Of a stretch of 64,000 bases of DNA, positions 30,659 to 40,163 are shown one piece after another. Origin of the DNA: Myxococcota bacterium. Lineage in GTDB: Bacteria; Myxococcota_A; UBA796; CAJQPC01. The DNA lies in the NCBI GenBank assembly GCA_036012755.1, contig DASCPX010000112.1:1-64000 (forward strand), read 5' to 3'. Numbering within the stretch: position 1 is the first letter of the stretch; every line of letters starts with the position of its first letter. The notes beneath the pieces are model-generated. The model saw only the letters and a list, made by a program, of their open reading frames with translations, was not told where the DNA came from and did not search any database. The position numbers were made by a program, and so were the translations under genes.

Positions 30659-31409
30659 TGACGGCCTCCAGCACGCGGAGCATCCACGCCAGCCCTGTCT
30701 CGAGCAGGGTGAGATGCCCGGTGAGCATCCAGGGCAGCGCCGCTGCGTACAGCCCCAGGCCGGCCGCGGCCGTGAGCACGGTGCCGACCGAGAAGTAGAC
30801 GTTCATGCGCGGAGCCAGCCGTGTGAGCACGGCGATGAAGACGTTGACCAGCCAGACCAGGGCGAGCACCGGCCCGGCGAGCGAGACGCCGGTCGCGATG
30901 GCCAGGCCCACGACCTCGACCACCACGGGCCCTGCCAACGCCAGCTCGACGGCGCCGCCCGGGGGTACCAGGGCGAAGCTCCCGCCAAGGATCTCGAGGC
31001 AGTGGAGGTGGAGGCCCGTGCCCAGGAAGACCAGGCCGGCCAGCCAGGACGCCAGCGTCCCCAGGGCGCCGCTGGAGATCTTCAGGAAGGGGTTGAAGAG
31101 CGCCGCCATGCCGAAGCCGATCTGGATGCCCATCAGCTCGCAGCCGAGGGCGATGGAGCCAAACAGCGCCGAGACGACGCTCCCCATCAACAGCCCGAGG
31201 ACGAGCTCTGTGGCCACGCCGACCATCAAGACGCCGACGCTCGGGGGGATCTCCGCGTAGGGCAGGGCCGGCGCCAGCACCATCGTCAGCGCTCCGGCCC
31301 CGAGGACCGCGATGTAGCGAGGCACACCCTGGGCCGAGACGACCGGCAGGCTCAGGAAGAGCCCACCGAGGCGAGCGAAGACGAGCATCCCTGAGAGCCA
31401 GAGGCCCAC
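30648..31409 (-). CDS. fliR: Flagellar export protein FliR
   Basis: Hydrophobic; QIGFGMA; RLAPRMNVY; gene order. Confidence 0.9.
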   Translation of the reverse strand: MGLWLSGMLVFARLGGLFLSLPVVSAQGVPRYIAVLGAGALTMVLAPALPYAEIPPSVGVLMVGVATELVLGLLMGSVVSALFGSIALGCELMGIQIGFGMAALFNPFLKISSGALGTLASWLAGLVFLGTGLHLHCLEILGGSFALVPPGGAVELALAGPVVVEVVGLAIATGVSLAGPVLALVWLVNVFIAVLTRLAPRMNVYFSVGTVLTAAAGLGLYAAALPWMLTGHLTLLETGLAWMLRVLEAVNGG

Positions 31410-31417
31410 GACGGATC

Positions 31418-31684
31418 CTACTGGGCCGCTGCGATCGACTCGAACATCTCAGTTCCGAATCCAACCGCGATCTGGAGCATCCAGGCCCCGACCAGGAAGA
31501 GGACGACGAAGACTCCGACCATCTTCGGCACGAAGACCAGCGTGATCTCCTGGATCTGTGTCACCGACTGGATGACGGACACCATCGTCCCGATGACCAG
31601 GGCCGTCAGCAAGAGCGGGCCCCCGAGTCGGAGCACGGTCCAGATGGCGTTCTGCCCGTAGAAGACGACCTCGTCGAAGCTCAT
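31418..31684 (-). CDS. fliQ: Flagellar export protein FliQ
   Basis: QSVTQIQEITLVFVPK. Confidence 0.95.
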   Translation of the reverse strand: MSFDEVVFYGQNAIWTVLRLGGPLLLTALVIGTMVSVIQSVTQIQEITLVFVPKMVGVFVVLFLVGAWMLQIAVGFGTEMFESIAAAQ

Positions 31685-32457
31685 TGGAAACTCAGGACCA
31701 TGTTTGTGACCAACAGACCCCAGCCGTCCATCAGCACGAAGACGAGGAGCTTGAAGGGCAGCGAGATGACCACCGGGGGCAGGACCATCATGCCCATGCC
31801 GAGCAAGACGCTCGCGACGACCAGGTCGATGACCAGGAAGGGGATGTAGACCTTGACCGCGATGATGAAGGCGGTCTCGAGCTCGGAGAGGATGTAGGCG
31901 CTGACGACCACCGGCGAGGGGATGTCGTCGAGGGACTCCGGACGGTCGATCCGCGCGATGTTCAGCACGGTCACCATCTCTTCCGTCTGCGTGTTCGCCA
32001 GCATGAATTCGCGCATGGGCTTCATCGCCGTGTCGATGGCGTCGCCGGTCTCCATCTGCCCCGCCATGTAGGGGTCGACCGCCGTCTCGTTGATCTCCTT
32101 GACCTGCGGCGCCATCACCAGGAGCGACAGGAACAGGGCGAGCCCGACGAGCACCTGGTTCGGCGGGGTCTGCTGGAGACCGAGGGCCTGGCGCAGCAGC
32201 GAGAAGACGATGATGAAGCGGGTGAAGGGTGTCATCACCAAGATGACCGCCGGCAGGAAGGACAGGGCCGTGAGCAGGACGATGATGCGCACCGCCTGGG
32301 AGGTGTCCTGACCACCGCTGAGCAGGCCGCTGGCCATCTCGACCGACTCCACGACCGCGGCGTCGGGAGCAGCGAGATCCTGGGCGAAGACGATCCCCGG
32401 GAACATCATCAGCAGGAGGATGCCGAGGAGCGCGGTCGCGGCGATGAGGTGCCTCAT
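31681..32457 (-). CDS. fliP: Flagellar export protein FliP
   Basis: LRQALGLQQTPPNQVL; MGMMVLPP; SLPFKLL. Confidence 0.95.
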   Translation of the reverse strand: MRHLIAATALLGILLLMMFPGIVFAQDLAAPDAAVVESVEMASGLLSGGQDTSQAVRIIVLLTALSFLPAVILVMTPFTRFIIVFSLLRQALGLQQTPPNQVLVGLALFLSLLVMAPQVKEINETAVDPYMAGQMETGDAIDTAMKPMREFMLANTQTEEMVTVLNIARIDRPESLDDIPSPVVVSAYILSELETAFIIAVKVYIPFLVIDLVVASVLLGMGMMVLPPVVISLPFKLLVFVLMDGWGLLVTNMVLSFQ

Positions 32458-33176
32458 CCGGCCTTGGCCTCCCAGACCTGGCGGCCGCAGAGGACCTCGT
32501 CGACGAGGCTCAGGTGGTCCTGCAAGGCGTTGCGCGGAGCTGGTGTCTTCTCCCAGCGCGAGAACCCGGGCAGCGGGCTCGCGTCGATCGGCGCCAGGTC
32601 CGCGTCCGTGAAGCGGCCCACGAGCGCCCGCTTGGGAGCGCTCGGCACCTCTGGGAGTGTCTCGACCACTGGAGGCAGGACTGCCTCCTGCTCGAGGCAG
32701 GTCTCGGTGACCTCTGTGATCTCGGCGAAGCCCGGGATGTCACCGCCGAGGTCGGCCACCAGCGTCGGTGAGCCCTGCGCGGAGACGCCGACGAGCAAGC
32801 GGCGTGAGCCACCATCGCCGGTCTGGCACTCCAGGAGCACGAGCCCGGCCTGGTGGCCGACGCCGTGACGGGCGATGACCTCCAGCTGCGCGCCCTCCTT
32901 GGCCTTCTTCGTCAGCTTGGCGGTGAGCTTCTTCCGCGCCGCGAAGGCGACGCCGAGGAGCAGGAATCCGCCGACCCAGGCCCAACTGGTGTCGATGCCG
33001 GAGGCGGAGGAGGTCGCGCTGGGGGTCTCATCGAGGAACGAGTCCAACAGAGCCTGCTCCGCGGCCGCGTCCTCGGCCACGAGCGCCGGGTTGATGACGA
33101 CGGGCTCCTCGACGACGGACTCGCCGTAGGGCTCCGGGTCCTGGGCGAGCGCCAGGGTGGTGAGCAGGGTCAGCAT
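32454..33176 (-). CDS. fliO: FliO-like flagellar protein
   Basis: Signal, TM, then LEVIARHGVG...RLLVGVS; lies between fliN and fliP. Confidence 0.7.
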   Translation of the reverse strand: MLTLLTTLALAQDPEPYGESVVEEPVVINPALVAEDAAAEQALLDSFLDETPSATSSASGIDTSWAWVGGFLLLGVAFAARKKLTAKLTKKAKEGAQLEVIARHGVGHQAGLVLLECQTGDGGSRRLLVGVSAQGSPTLVADLGGDIPGFAEITEVTETCLEQEAVLPPVVETLPEVPSAPKRALVGRFTDADLAPIDASPLPGFSRWEKTPAPRNALQDHLSLVDEVLCGRQVWEAKAG

Positions 33177-33475
33177 CAGCCGGTCTCCGCGAGCACCGGG
33201 CCCGCCGTCTCGGACTCGCGGCTCTGGCCGACGAGCTCGGTGATGCGCAAGGCCAGCCGGTCACCGACCATGACGACCTCGCCACGGGCGTAGACGCGAT
33301 CCCCGACCACGATGTCCAGCGGATGATCCGCCGGACGCTCGAGCTCCAGGACCTCGTCGGTGCCGAGCTCGGCGAGCTCGCGAACGGTCAAGCGTGCCCT
33401 ACCCAGCTCGACGACCACCTCGACGGGGATATCGTGGAGGAATGCGATGTCCTCCGGGAACCTGCGCTGCGACAT
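33176..33475 (-). CDS. fliN: Flagellar motor switch protein FliN
   Basis: DIPVEVVVELGR; ARGEVV; LRITE (SpoA domain). Confidence 0.9.
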   Translation of the reverse strand: MSQRRFPEDIAFLHDIPVEVVVELGRARLTVRELAELGTDEVLELERPADHPLDIVVGDRVYARGEVVMVGDRLALRITELVGQSRESETAGPVLAETG

Positions 33476-33496
33476 GAGGTCTCTCCTGTGGACCTC

Positions 33497-33523
33497 GCAT
33501 CGGACAGCGGTGGCTAAGTTTGA
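33497..33523 (-). promoter_or_regulatory. Sigma28-like promoter upstream of fliN
   Basis: Minus strand TCAA-N15-TCCGATGC. Confidence 0.5.
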
Positions 33524-34404
33524 GTCGAATTCACCTGGCCGATCCTCCGGACGATCCGCACGGAGTGACTCCCGGCCCGCTTTCCAGGCTCACCGACGAA
33601 AAGGTCCTTTCCGTTGACGTGCACCTTGACGCTCTGGCGGCTGCCGAGGTCGATGGTGGAGCCGACTTCGAGGCCCCGGAGATCCGCCAGCGTCAGGCGC
33701 GTCCGGGCCAGCTCTGCGACCGCTTCGAGCTCGACCGGCATCAGCCGTCCGGCGTCGTAGCGGCGCTTGCGGGTCTCTTCGTTGATCGCCTGGATCCGGG
33801 GCACACGAAGGTCACGGGCCGCTTCGGCCGGGATGGCGACGATCATCAGCCCATAGGGCGCGTCGGGCGCGCCGAAGTCCAGGGATGCCGCCACGACCGA
33901 TGTCGTCTGCGACAGGCCTCGCGCCAGGCGCGGGTTCGGCCCCAGGGACTCGATGTCGAGCTGGGGCCGGGGGCTCTTGGGCCACGCTCCGGCCAGGCTG
34001 GCGAGCACGTCCTCGCAGACGCGCTGGCAGAACCGACTCTCGACCGAGGTCACGGGGCGCACCCGGTAGGGAGGGGGCTCGAGCTCCGGATCCTCTCCGA
34101 GCAGGACGCCAACGAGGCGCGCGAGCAGCCGACCCTGAACGACCAGCAGGCCAGGTAGCCCGAGGGGGTTGAAGCGGAAGAGGCCGAAGACGCCCCCGTC
34201 GCGGGCGTCGGTGTCCTGCACGATCCGCCCGACGGTGGTCACCTGGGCGACGCCAAGGCGAACCGGGATGTCTGCCCCGGCGCGGTTCACCAGCCGAGTG
34301 CGCACGTCGCGTGCTGCTGCGCGGAACAGATCCTCCAGCGCCGGGAGTGTGCTCGAGGCTTCCCGGTCCGGGTGGACCAGCGGGTTCTGGGTTGCAGGAT
34401 CCAT
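33514..34404 (-). CDS. fliM: Flagellar motor switch protein FliM
   Basis: LLGE...RPVTSVE middle domain plus C-terminal SpoA domain; lies between fliL and fliN. Confidence 0.8.
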   Translation of the reverse strand: MDPATQNPLVHPDREASSTLPALEDLFRAAARDVRTRLVNRAGADIPVRLGVAQVTTVGRIVQDTDARDGGVFGLFRFNPLGLPGLLVVQGRLLARLVGVLLGEDPELEPPPYRVRPVTSVESRFCQRVCEDVLASLAGAWPKSPRPQLDIESLGPNPRLARGLSQTTSVVAASLDFGAPDAPYGLMIVAIPAEAARDLRVPRIQAINEETRKRRYDAGRLMPVELEAVAELARTRLTLADLRGLEVGSTIDLGSRQSVKVHVNGKDLFVGEPGKRAGSHSVRIVRRIGQVNSTQT

Positions 34405-34926
34405 CTACTGGACGACGAACTCGGTGAAGTAGACCCGCTCGATGCGGCCCTCCGCCGGGAGCAGGGTGTTGACGCGGCCGAGCAGCTCGTCGCGCAGGCG
34501 TGTCTTGCCGTCGAGGCCCTCTACGTCCGCGTAGCTGTAGTCGCTCGCCAGGGTGATCACGGCGTCGCGCAGCTGGGCGGTGTTCTCCTCGACCGTGGGC
34601 AGCGCCGTGTCATCGGTCTCGACCTGGACCTCCATGCGCAGGACGCGCCCACCCCCGCTCCCGCGGAGGTTGACGGTGAAGTTGCCCAGGCTGTGGACCA
34701 CGCGGGTGGACTCCGGCTCCTCGGCCTCGCCCTCTGCGGGGACACAGTCCTCGTCGCCCTCCTCGCACTCGATCTCGGCGGCTCCAGCGTCCTCGGATGC
34801 CAGGACCATGCTGGCGCCGAAGCCGGCACCTCCGCCTAGGATGAAGGCCGCTGCACCTGCGAGGATGAGCGGGAGTTTGGACTTCCTGGGGGCGTCCTCG
34901 ACTTCCTCGATCTCTTCTGCGGACAT
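34405..34926 (-). CDS. fliL: Flagellar protein FliL
   Basis: TM; FTVNL; LRDAVI; VYFTEFVVQ. Confidence 0.92.
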   Translation of the reverse strand: MSAEEIEEVEDAPRKSKLPLILAGAAAFILGGGAGFGASMVLASEDAGAAEIECEEGDEDCVPAEGEAEEPESTRVVHSLGNFTVNLRGSGGGRVLRMEVQVETDDTALPTVEENTAQLRDAVITLASDYSYADVEGLDGKTRLRDELLGRVNTLLPAEGRIERVYFTEFVVQ

Positions 34927-35660
34927 CAGGGGTCTCCGTGGTGGAGTGTCTCGATGGCACCAACGGTCGCGCTGTCCTCTGACTTGAGGACGAGTTCGAC
35001 GCGGCGATTCCAGCGCGCGTCTTCGCCGAAGGTGGATGCGGGGCGGAACTCGCCGTAGGCGTCGGCCTCGAGCCGGTCGCCGGGCACGGGGCCTCGCTCG
35101 CGCATGGCGGTCACGACCGCCAGGGCGCGCTCGGAGCTCACACGCCAGTTCTCCAGCTCGGATCCGCTGGAGTCCGTGTGACCCTCGACCCGGACCTCGA
35201 CCTCGTGCTCGGCGGCGATGGTGGCGACATCGCTGATGAGGGCGTACGCGGCGGGGTGGAGGTCGGTGGAGCCCGGCTCGAAGAGCACGCGATCGTCGAG
35301 GCGAACCCTGATCTCCTGCTCGTTGCTCACCATGCGGATGAGGTCGTCGGAGATGTGCTTCTCGAAGGCCTGGCGGAGGCGGGCCTCTGTGGGGCTGACC
35401 GTCTCCTGTCGCCGCGCAGGCGCGGTCGTGTAGAGCTCCTCGATGTGGGTCGCGAGGAGCTCGCTGTCGAAGCCGTTGACGCCGAGGGCGGACCTGATGG
35501 AGGTCAGCACTGCCTCGACCTTCGTCGGGTCGTCGAAGTTGGCCATGGACAGAAGCAGCACGAAGAAGGTCAGCAGCAGCGTGACCATGTCCGAGAAGGT
35601 GGCCATCCAGAGGGGAAGCCCGCCTCCTCCCTCCTCGGCCTTTTTCCTCTTGCGGGCCAT
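34926..35660 (-). CDS. motB: Flagellar stator B subunit (MotB/PomB)
   Basis: WMATFSDMVTLLLTFFVLL; OmpA-like VEGHTD, NW..S..RA, NRRVE; ATG 35660 coupled to the motA stop. Confidence 0.92.
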   Translation of the reverse strand: MARKRKKAEEGGGGLPLWMATFSDMVTLLLTFFVLLLSMANFDDPTKVEAVLTSIRSALGVNGFDSELLATHIEELYTTAPARRQETVSPTEARLRQAFEKHISDDLIRMVSNEQEIRVRLDDRVLFEPGSTDLHPAAYALISDVATIAAEHEVEVRVEGHTDSSGSELENWRVSSERALAVVTAMRERGPVPGDRLEADAYGEFRPASTFGEDARWNRRVELVLKSEDSATVGAIETLHHGDP

Positions 35661-36439
35661 CAGGCGGCCTCGTCGACCACGCGCGCGGTCGGTGCGAGCG
35701 ATGCGTTGAGCCGGTCGACCATGAAGCGCGGGTTCTCGCCGTTGAGGGTGCTCAACAGGCCCTGGGCGACGATCGTCTTCGCCGCGATCTCCTCGGCGCT
35801 GCGGACCTTGAGCTTGTTCGCGATGGGGATGCCGAGGAGGTTCGCGAGCAGCGAGCCGTAGAAGGTCGTGAGCAGCGCGACGGCCATCGCGGGACCGATG
35901 GCGTTGGGGTCGCTGAGGTTCTGGAGCATCTGGACCAGGCCGACCAGGGTTCCGATCATGCCCATCGCAGGTCCGTAGGCGCCGATGCTGTCCCAGACGG
36001 CGGCGGCGCCCTTGTGGCGCGCCTCGATCTTGTCGAGCTCGTCGAAGAGCACCTCTTCGATCGCCGCGGCCTCGTGGCCGTCGACGACCATCAACAGCCC
36101 GCGCTTCATGAAGTCGTCGCTGGTCTCCTGGGCGGCGCTCTCGAGGGACAAGAGGCCCTCGCGGCGGGCGCGGTTGGAGAGCTCGGAGAGGAGCTTGATG
36201 ACGTCCGTGATGGCGATGGGCTTGGAGAAGACCGCGGCCTTGCCCGCTTTGAGCGCGCCCATGACCTGTCCCCCGGGGAAGCCGACGAAGATGACACCGA
36301 TGGTGCCGCCGATGACGATCGCCATGGAAGGGACGTCGACGAAGATGCCCAGGGAGCTCCCCATCAAGATGGCGGCCACGATCAGGGCCACGGTGACGAA
36401 CAGTCCGCCGATGGTCGCGAGATCCAAGTGGTCCTCCAA
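35660..36439 (-). CDS. motA: Flagellar stator A subunit (MotA/PomA)
   Basis: ARREGLLSLE; PAMGMIGTLVGL; GPAMAVALLTTFYG. Confidence 0.95.
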   Translation of the reverse strand: MEDHLDLATIGGLFVTVALIVAAILMGSSLGIFVDVPSMAIVIGGTIGVIFVGFPGGQVMGALKAGKAAVFSKPIAITDVIKLLSELSNRARREGLLSLESAAQETSDDFMKRGLLMVVDGHEAAAIEEVLFDELDKIEARHKGAAAVWDSIGAYGPAMGMIGTLVGLVQMLQNLSDPNAIGPAMAVALLTTFYGSLLANLLGIPIANKLKVRSAEEIAAKTIVAQGLLSTLNGENPRFMVDRLNASLAPTARVVDEAA

Positions 36440-36466
36440 GGAGAGACAGAATCGGGTTCAAGGAAC

Positions 36467-36493
36467 TCATCGGCCCCCAGGGGCCTGGATTTA
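36467..36493 (-). promoter_or_regulatory. Sigma28 (FliA/SigD) promoter upstream of motA
   Basis: Minus strand TAAA-N15-GCCGATGA, near consensus. Confidence 0.8.
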
Positions 36494-36535
36494 GGCTTCC
36501 TGGGGACCGATTGTGGCGAGAGTGTCTGAGGGGAA

Positions 36536-37861
36536 TCAGACGAGGTTGACGAGTTCCTGCAGCGTGTCGTTCGCGGTGGACACGACCCTGGCGTTTGCCT
36601 GGTAGCTGCGCTGGCTCTGGATCATGGCCACGAACTGGTCCTCGAGTTCGACGTTCGAGCCCTCCAGTGCGTAGCCGTTGACCGAGCCACGACCGCCGAC
36701 GCCGGCGGCGCCGAGCACGCCTTCTCCGGAGTCCGGGGTGGCCCGGAAGAGGTTGCCGCCGGCGCGGGACAGGAAGGAATCGGCCGCGAAGGTCGCCAGG
36801 GCGATCTGGCCGAGGATCTCGTCCTTGCCGTTGGAGTAGCTGGCGATGATCTGGCCGTCGTCGTCGATCTGGACGGAGCTGACCTCGCCGGAGGCGTAGC
36901 CGTCCTGGCTGATGTTGTAGGCAGCGAAGGACTCGCCGCTCATCGAGATCGAGCCGTCGTCGTCGTCGCCGGAGCTGTCGACGCCGAACTCGACCTCGAA
37001 GTCCATCGTCGAGCCGGTGGCCCAGGGGTCGGTAGAGGTCATCGTCTGCTCGATGGACTCCAGGTCCGTGCCGTCGAAGGTCAGGGTGCCGTCCATGAGC
37101 TCGGTGACGTAGCCCTCGCCGTCTGGGTCGGCGGTGGGGTCGAGTTCCGTGGCGGCGGTGACCACCTTGTAGTCCCAGCTGTCGGCGCCGGTCTGCTCGA
37201 AGTAGATGACCACGTCGTGGGCGACGCCGTAGTCGTCGTAGATCGTGGTGGACGTGCTGTGCACGAAGTCACCCTCGAGGTCGTCCCAGGTCTCGCTGGC
37301 GCCGTCGAGGGTCGCGCTCGACAGCGTGCTCCCGTAGTTCCCGTCCTCGTCCGCGTCATGGATCGGGAGGTTCAGGTCGAGGGTGATGTTCTCCGTGGCC
37401 TCCGGATCGGTCGGCGCGGTGTCGATGCGGAGGTCGGAGATGCGCGAGGTCAGGTCGCCGTCGTAGGCGTTGTAGCCCTGCAGGCGCAGCCCCGATGAGG
37501 TCGTCAGGAAGCCGTCGGCATCCATGTAGAAGGCGCCGTCGCGGGTGTAGTAGGAGTTGTCGCCGTCGTTGACCTGGAAGAAGCCCTTCCCGGAGATGGC
37601 CATGTCCAGCGCCGAGTCGGAGCTGGACACGCTGCCCTGTCCGAAGAGCGTCATGGTGCTGGCGAGTCCGGCGCCGCCGCCGAGCTGGTTCTGACCGTTG
37701 AGCCCGCCGATGCCGTTGGGGATGAGGTCCGCGAAGCTGGCGCGGGTGCCCTTGAAGCCGGTCGTGTTGATGTTGGCGATGTTGTCGCCGATCACCGACA
37801 TGGACGTCGAGCTCACGCCGAGGCCAGAGGCCCCCGTGTTCAGGGTTCCGAAGAGGGACAT
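36536..37861 (-). CDS. flgE: Flagellar hook protein FlgE
   Basis: SGL...DNIANINTTGFK; YTRDGAF; LEGSNVEL; QRSYQANARV. Confidence 0.93.
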   Translation of the reverse strand: MSLFGTLNTGASGLGVSSTSMSVIGDNIANINTTGFKGTRASFADLIPNGIGGLNGQNQLGGGAGLASTMTLFGQGSVSSSDSALDMAISGKGFFQVNDGDNSYYTRDGAFYMDADGFLTTSSGLRLQGYNAYDGDLTSRISDLRIDTAPTDPEATENITLDLNLPIHDADEDGNYGSTLSSATLDGASETWDDLEGDFVHSTSTTIYDDYGVAHDVVIYFEQTGADSWDYKVVTAATELDPTADPDGEGYVTELMDGTLTFDGTDLESIEQTMTSTDPWATGSTMDFEVEFGVDSSGDDDDGSISMSGESFAAYNISQDGYASGEVSSVQIDDDGQIIASYSNGKDEILGQIALATFAADSFLSRAGGNLFRATPDSGEGVLGAAGVGGRGSVNGYALEGSNVELEDQFVAMIQSQRSYQANARVVSTANDTLQELVNLV

Positions 37862-37960
37862 GAGAAGGCTCCTGTGGAAGTGGATCGCATCAATCGGTCA
37901 GCGATCCCCAGGCCTCCTCGGTGTCACCTTGGTCCGGCCTGGTGGGTTTGGTCACAGAAC

Positions 37961-37988
37961 CCTTCGGCACAACGGTGACAGGCGTTTA
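37961..37988 (-). promoter_or_regulatory. Sigma28-like promoter upstream of flgE
   Basis: Minus strand TAAA-N16-GCCGAAGG. Confidence 0.6.
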
Positions 37989-37996
37989 GGACCGAT

Positions 37997-38737
37997 TCAC
38001 TTCACGAGGGTCTTCACCAGCTCGTTGGCGGCCTTGTAGTCGTAGACGTAGATCGAAAGGTCGTTGTCGTCGCCCTGGTAGACGCTGGCGTAGCCACCGT
38101 CCAGCTCACGGTCTTCGTCTGCCGTGCTGCTGCCGGGGACGTACTCCCAGTCGATGGACACATAGGACCTGGCCGCCTTCTCACCTTCGACGTTGTTGTA
38201 GGTGTAGCCGTCGCTGGTCGACATCGACTTCTCGATGATGCTGTAGCCGCCCTTCTCGAGGTGACCGACGACCGTGTCGGCCTTTACCTCTGTGATCTTG
38301 GCGCCCTTGGGCAGGACAGCGCCCAGGATCTTCTCGGCCTCGTCGCCGTTGTAGACGGTGACGTCGAGGACCGACTTCCCGTCGATGGCGACGCCCTGGG
38401 CGTCCTCGGCCATCCACAGGGCGTCCTTTCTGGTGTCGTAGCGGTCGATGTCGATCTCCGCCCACTGGTTGCCCTTCTTGGCGCTGCACTCGTCGTCGCG
38501 AATGCCCTCGTCGGTGTAGCTGTAGCACTCGGTCACGGTCCAGCCGTTGGCCACCAGCGCCCCTTGCAGCTCGGAGGTACTCCAGTCGCCGAAGGAGCCG
38601 CCCGGGGCCGCAGGGGCGGTCGCCGTCGAGGGGGTGGCCCTTGGTGCGGTGTTGTCTGCTGGGGTCGTCCCGCCGCCGCAGGCCAGCGCCAATGCGGCCA
38701 GGCTGGCGATCGTGATCGCGCGTGTGGTCCTGCTCAT
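37997..38737 (-). CDS. Lipoprotein with two tandem homologous domains of unknown function
   Basis: GGAG RBS; lipobox LALAC; Pro/Thr/Ala linker. Confidence 0.75.
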   Translation of the reverse strand: MSRTTRAITIASLAALALACGGGTTPADNTAPRATPSTATAPAAPGGSFGDWSTSELQGALVANGWTVTECYSYTDEGIRDDECSAKKGNQWAEIDIDRYDTRKDALWMAEDAQGVAIDGKSVLDVTVYNGDEAEKILGAVLPKGAKITEVKADTVVGHLEKGGYSIIEKSMSTSDGYTYNNVEGEKAARSYVSIDWEYVPGSSTADEDRELDGGYASVYQGDDNDLSIYVYDYKAANELVKTLVK

Positions 38738-38789
38738 CTCCGTACTCCGGTCCGGGGTGGGAGTGGTATCGTGCGAGGGTTCGAGTTGC

Positions 38790-40163
38790 TTACAGGCCGA
38801 GGTGGCGCCGGCATGCACCGACCAGGCTGGAGATCTCGTCCTGCTCCTCGGAGAGCCAGGTCTCGGAGGTCACCCACTCGCAGACGGCGCGCTTCTCCTC
38901 TGGGTCTGGCTCGTCCTCCATCAGGTTGGCGAGCTCCCCAGGATCATCGCCGAGGTCGAAGAGGCCTTCGCTGGGCCCAGGCCAGTATGTGCCCGGCACG
39001 TCCTGGAAGGGCTTGCACTCCGTGTACTGTCGCTCGGGGAAGAGGAAGTACTTGCGGTCGCCCCGAACGACGCCGGCGGTCTCCGGTCCGCGCTCGAAGA
39101 AGACATCGACGGCGTCTGTGCCCTCGCCGCTCATCAAGGGGATCAGGCTGCGCCCATCGATGCGGTTGGGCCACTCCATGTCGAGCAGCTCCAGCATCGT
39201 CGGCAGGATGTCGATCGAGCTGACGTGGGTGTCGACCAGCGAAGGCTCGAAGCCGGGGGCGCGGATCGAGAAGGTCGTGTTCAGCACGGCGTCGTAGGTG
39301 CTGCAGCCGTGGAGGTAGTAGTCGTGGTGCTCGCCGAGCTCCTCGCCGTGGTCCGTGCCGGTGACCACGATGTCCCAGCGGTCCTGGTCCTCGAGCAGAG
39401 TTCGGATCTGGGCGAAGAGCTCGTCGTCGGAGCGGACCTGGCTTGCGTAGACCGCCTCGAACCACTCCTGGAAGCCCTCCGGGATCGGCTCGCCGAGGGT
39501 GTGGGCGGAGACGTCCTCTGAGTTGATGGTGCTCCGCGGCTCCCAGTCGCCGTCGTAGAAGTCGTCGATCCAGGGGTCGCGCGGGCTGTAGGCGGCGTGG
39601 GGGTCCCGGAAGTGGATCCAGAAGAAGGCGTCGCGCTCTGGCGCCAGGCGCTCGAGGTCCTCTGCGAAGGCGTCCACCAGGGTGGAGTCCCGGAAGTCGT
39701 CCGAGCCTGCCTCGGCCCACTCGTCGGGGTCCGTGCAGACCGTCTCGGTCCAGTCGTCGTCGAGGAGGTGACACTTGTTCGCGCTGTAGCCGAAGGTGGC
39801 CCAGCCCTCTGCCTTCAGCAGCTGGTGGATCATCGGCGGCATGTCGGCTGGGATGTCGTGGCTCTGGACGCTGTGGGTGCGAGGGTAGGTCCCGGTCGCC
39901 AGCGACGGCAGGCTGACCACAGTCACGCCGCGGGGCACCACCGTGTTCTCGAAGACAACCGCCTCGCTGAAGAGCTGATCGTGGGCCGGGGAGGAGTCGA
40001 AGGCGCCGCCGCCCCCGATGTAGTCCTCGTTCAGCGTGTCCATCGTGAACCAGAGGATGGTGCGCCCGGGGCCGGCGGGCAGCTCCAGCTCCGGGACGCG
40101 CAGATTGGCTTCTGCGGGTTGGCCGGTGTCGTCTCCCGCTGTGCAGGCCAACAGGAGGATCAT
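38790..40163 (-). CDS. Sulfatase-like (alkaline phosphatase superfamily) lipoprotein, paralog 4
   Basis: MDTLN, GVTVVSLPSLATG, HFRDPH, GTDHGE; ATGA overlap at 40160-40163. Confidence 0.85.
   Translation of the reverse strand: MILLLACTAGDDTGQPAEANLRVPELELPAGPGRTILWFTMDTLNEDYIGGGGAFDSSPAHDQLFSEAVVFENTVVPRGVTVVSLPSLATGTYPRTHSVQSHDIPADMPPMIHQLLKAEGWATFGYSANKCHLLDDDWTETVCTDPDEWAEAGSDDFRDSTLVDAFAEDLERLAPERDAFFWIHFRDPHAAYSPRDPWIDDFYDGDWEPRSTINSEDVSAHTLGEPIPEGFQEWFEAVYASQVRSDDELFAQIRTLLEDQDRWDIVVTGTDHGEELGEHHDYYLHGCSTYDAVLNTTFSIRAPGFEPSLVDTHVSSIDILPTMLELLDMEWPNRIDGRSLIPLMSGEGTDAVDVFFERGPETAGVVRGDRKYFLFPERQYTECKPFQDVPGTYWPGPSEGLFDLGDDPGELANLMEDEPDPEEKRAVCEWVTSETWLSEEQDEISSLVGACRRHLGL

Noticed and set aside
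29588..33475. Export genes as an injectisome T3SS
   Set aside because: They are co-transcribed with motAB, fliL, flgE and flgD, so they are flagellar
34926..36470. 514-aa ORF as a MotA-MotB fusion
   Set aside because: The N-terminal part overlaps motA in another frame; MotB starts at 35660
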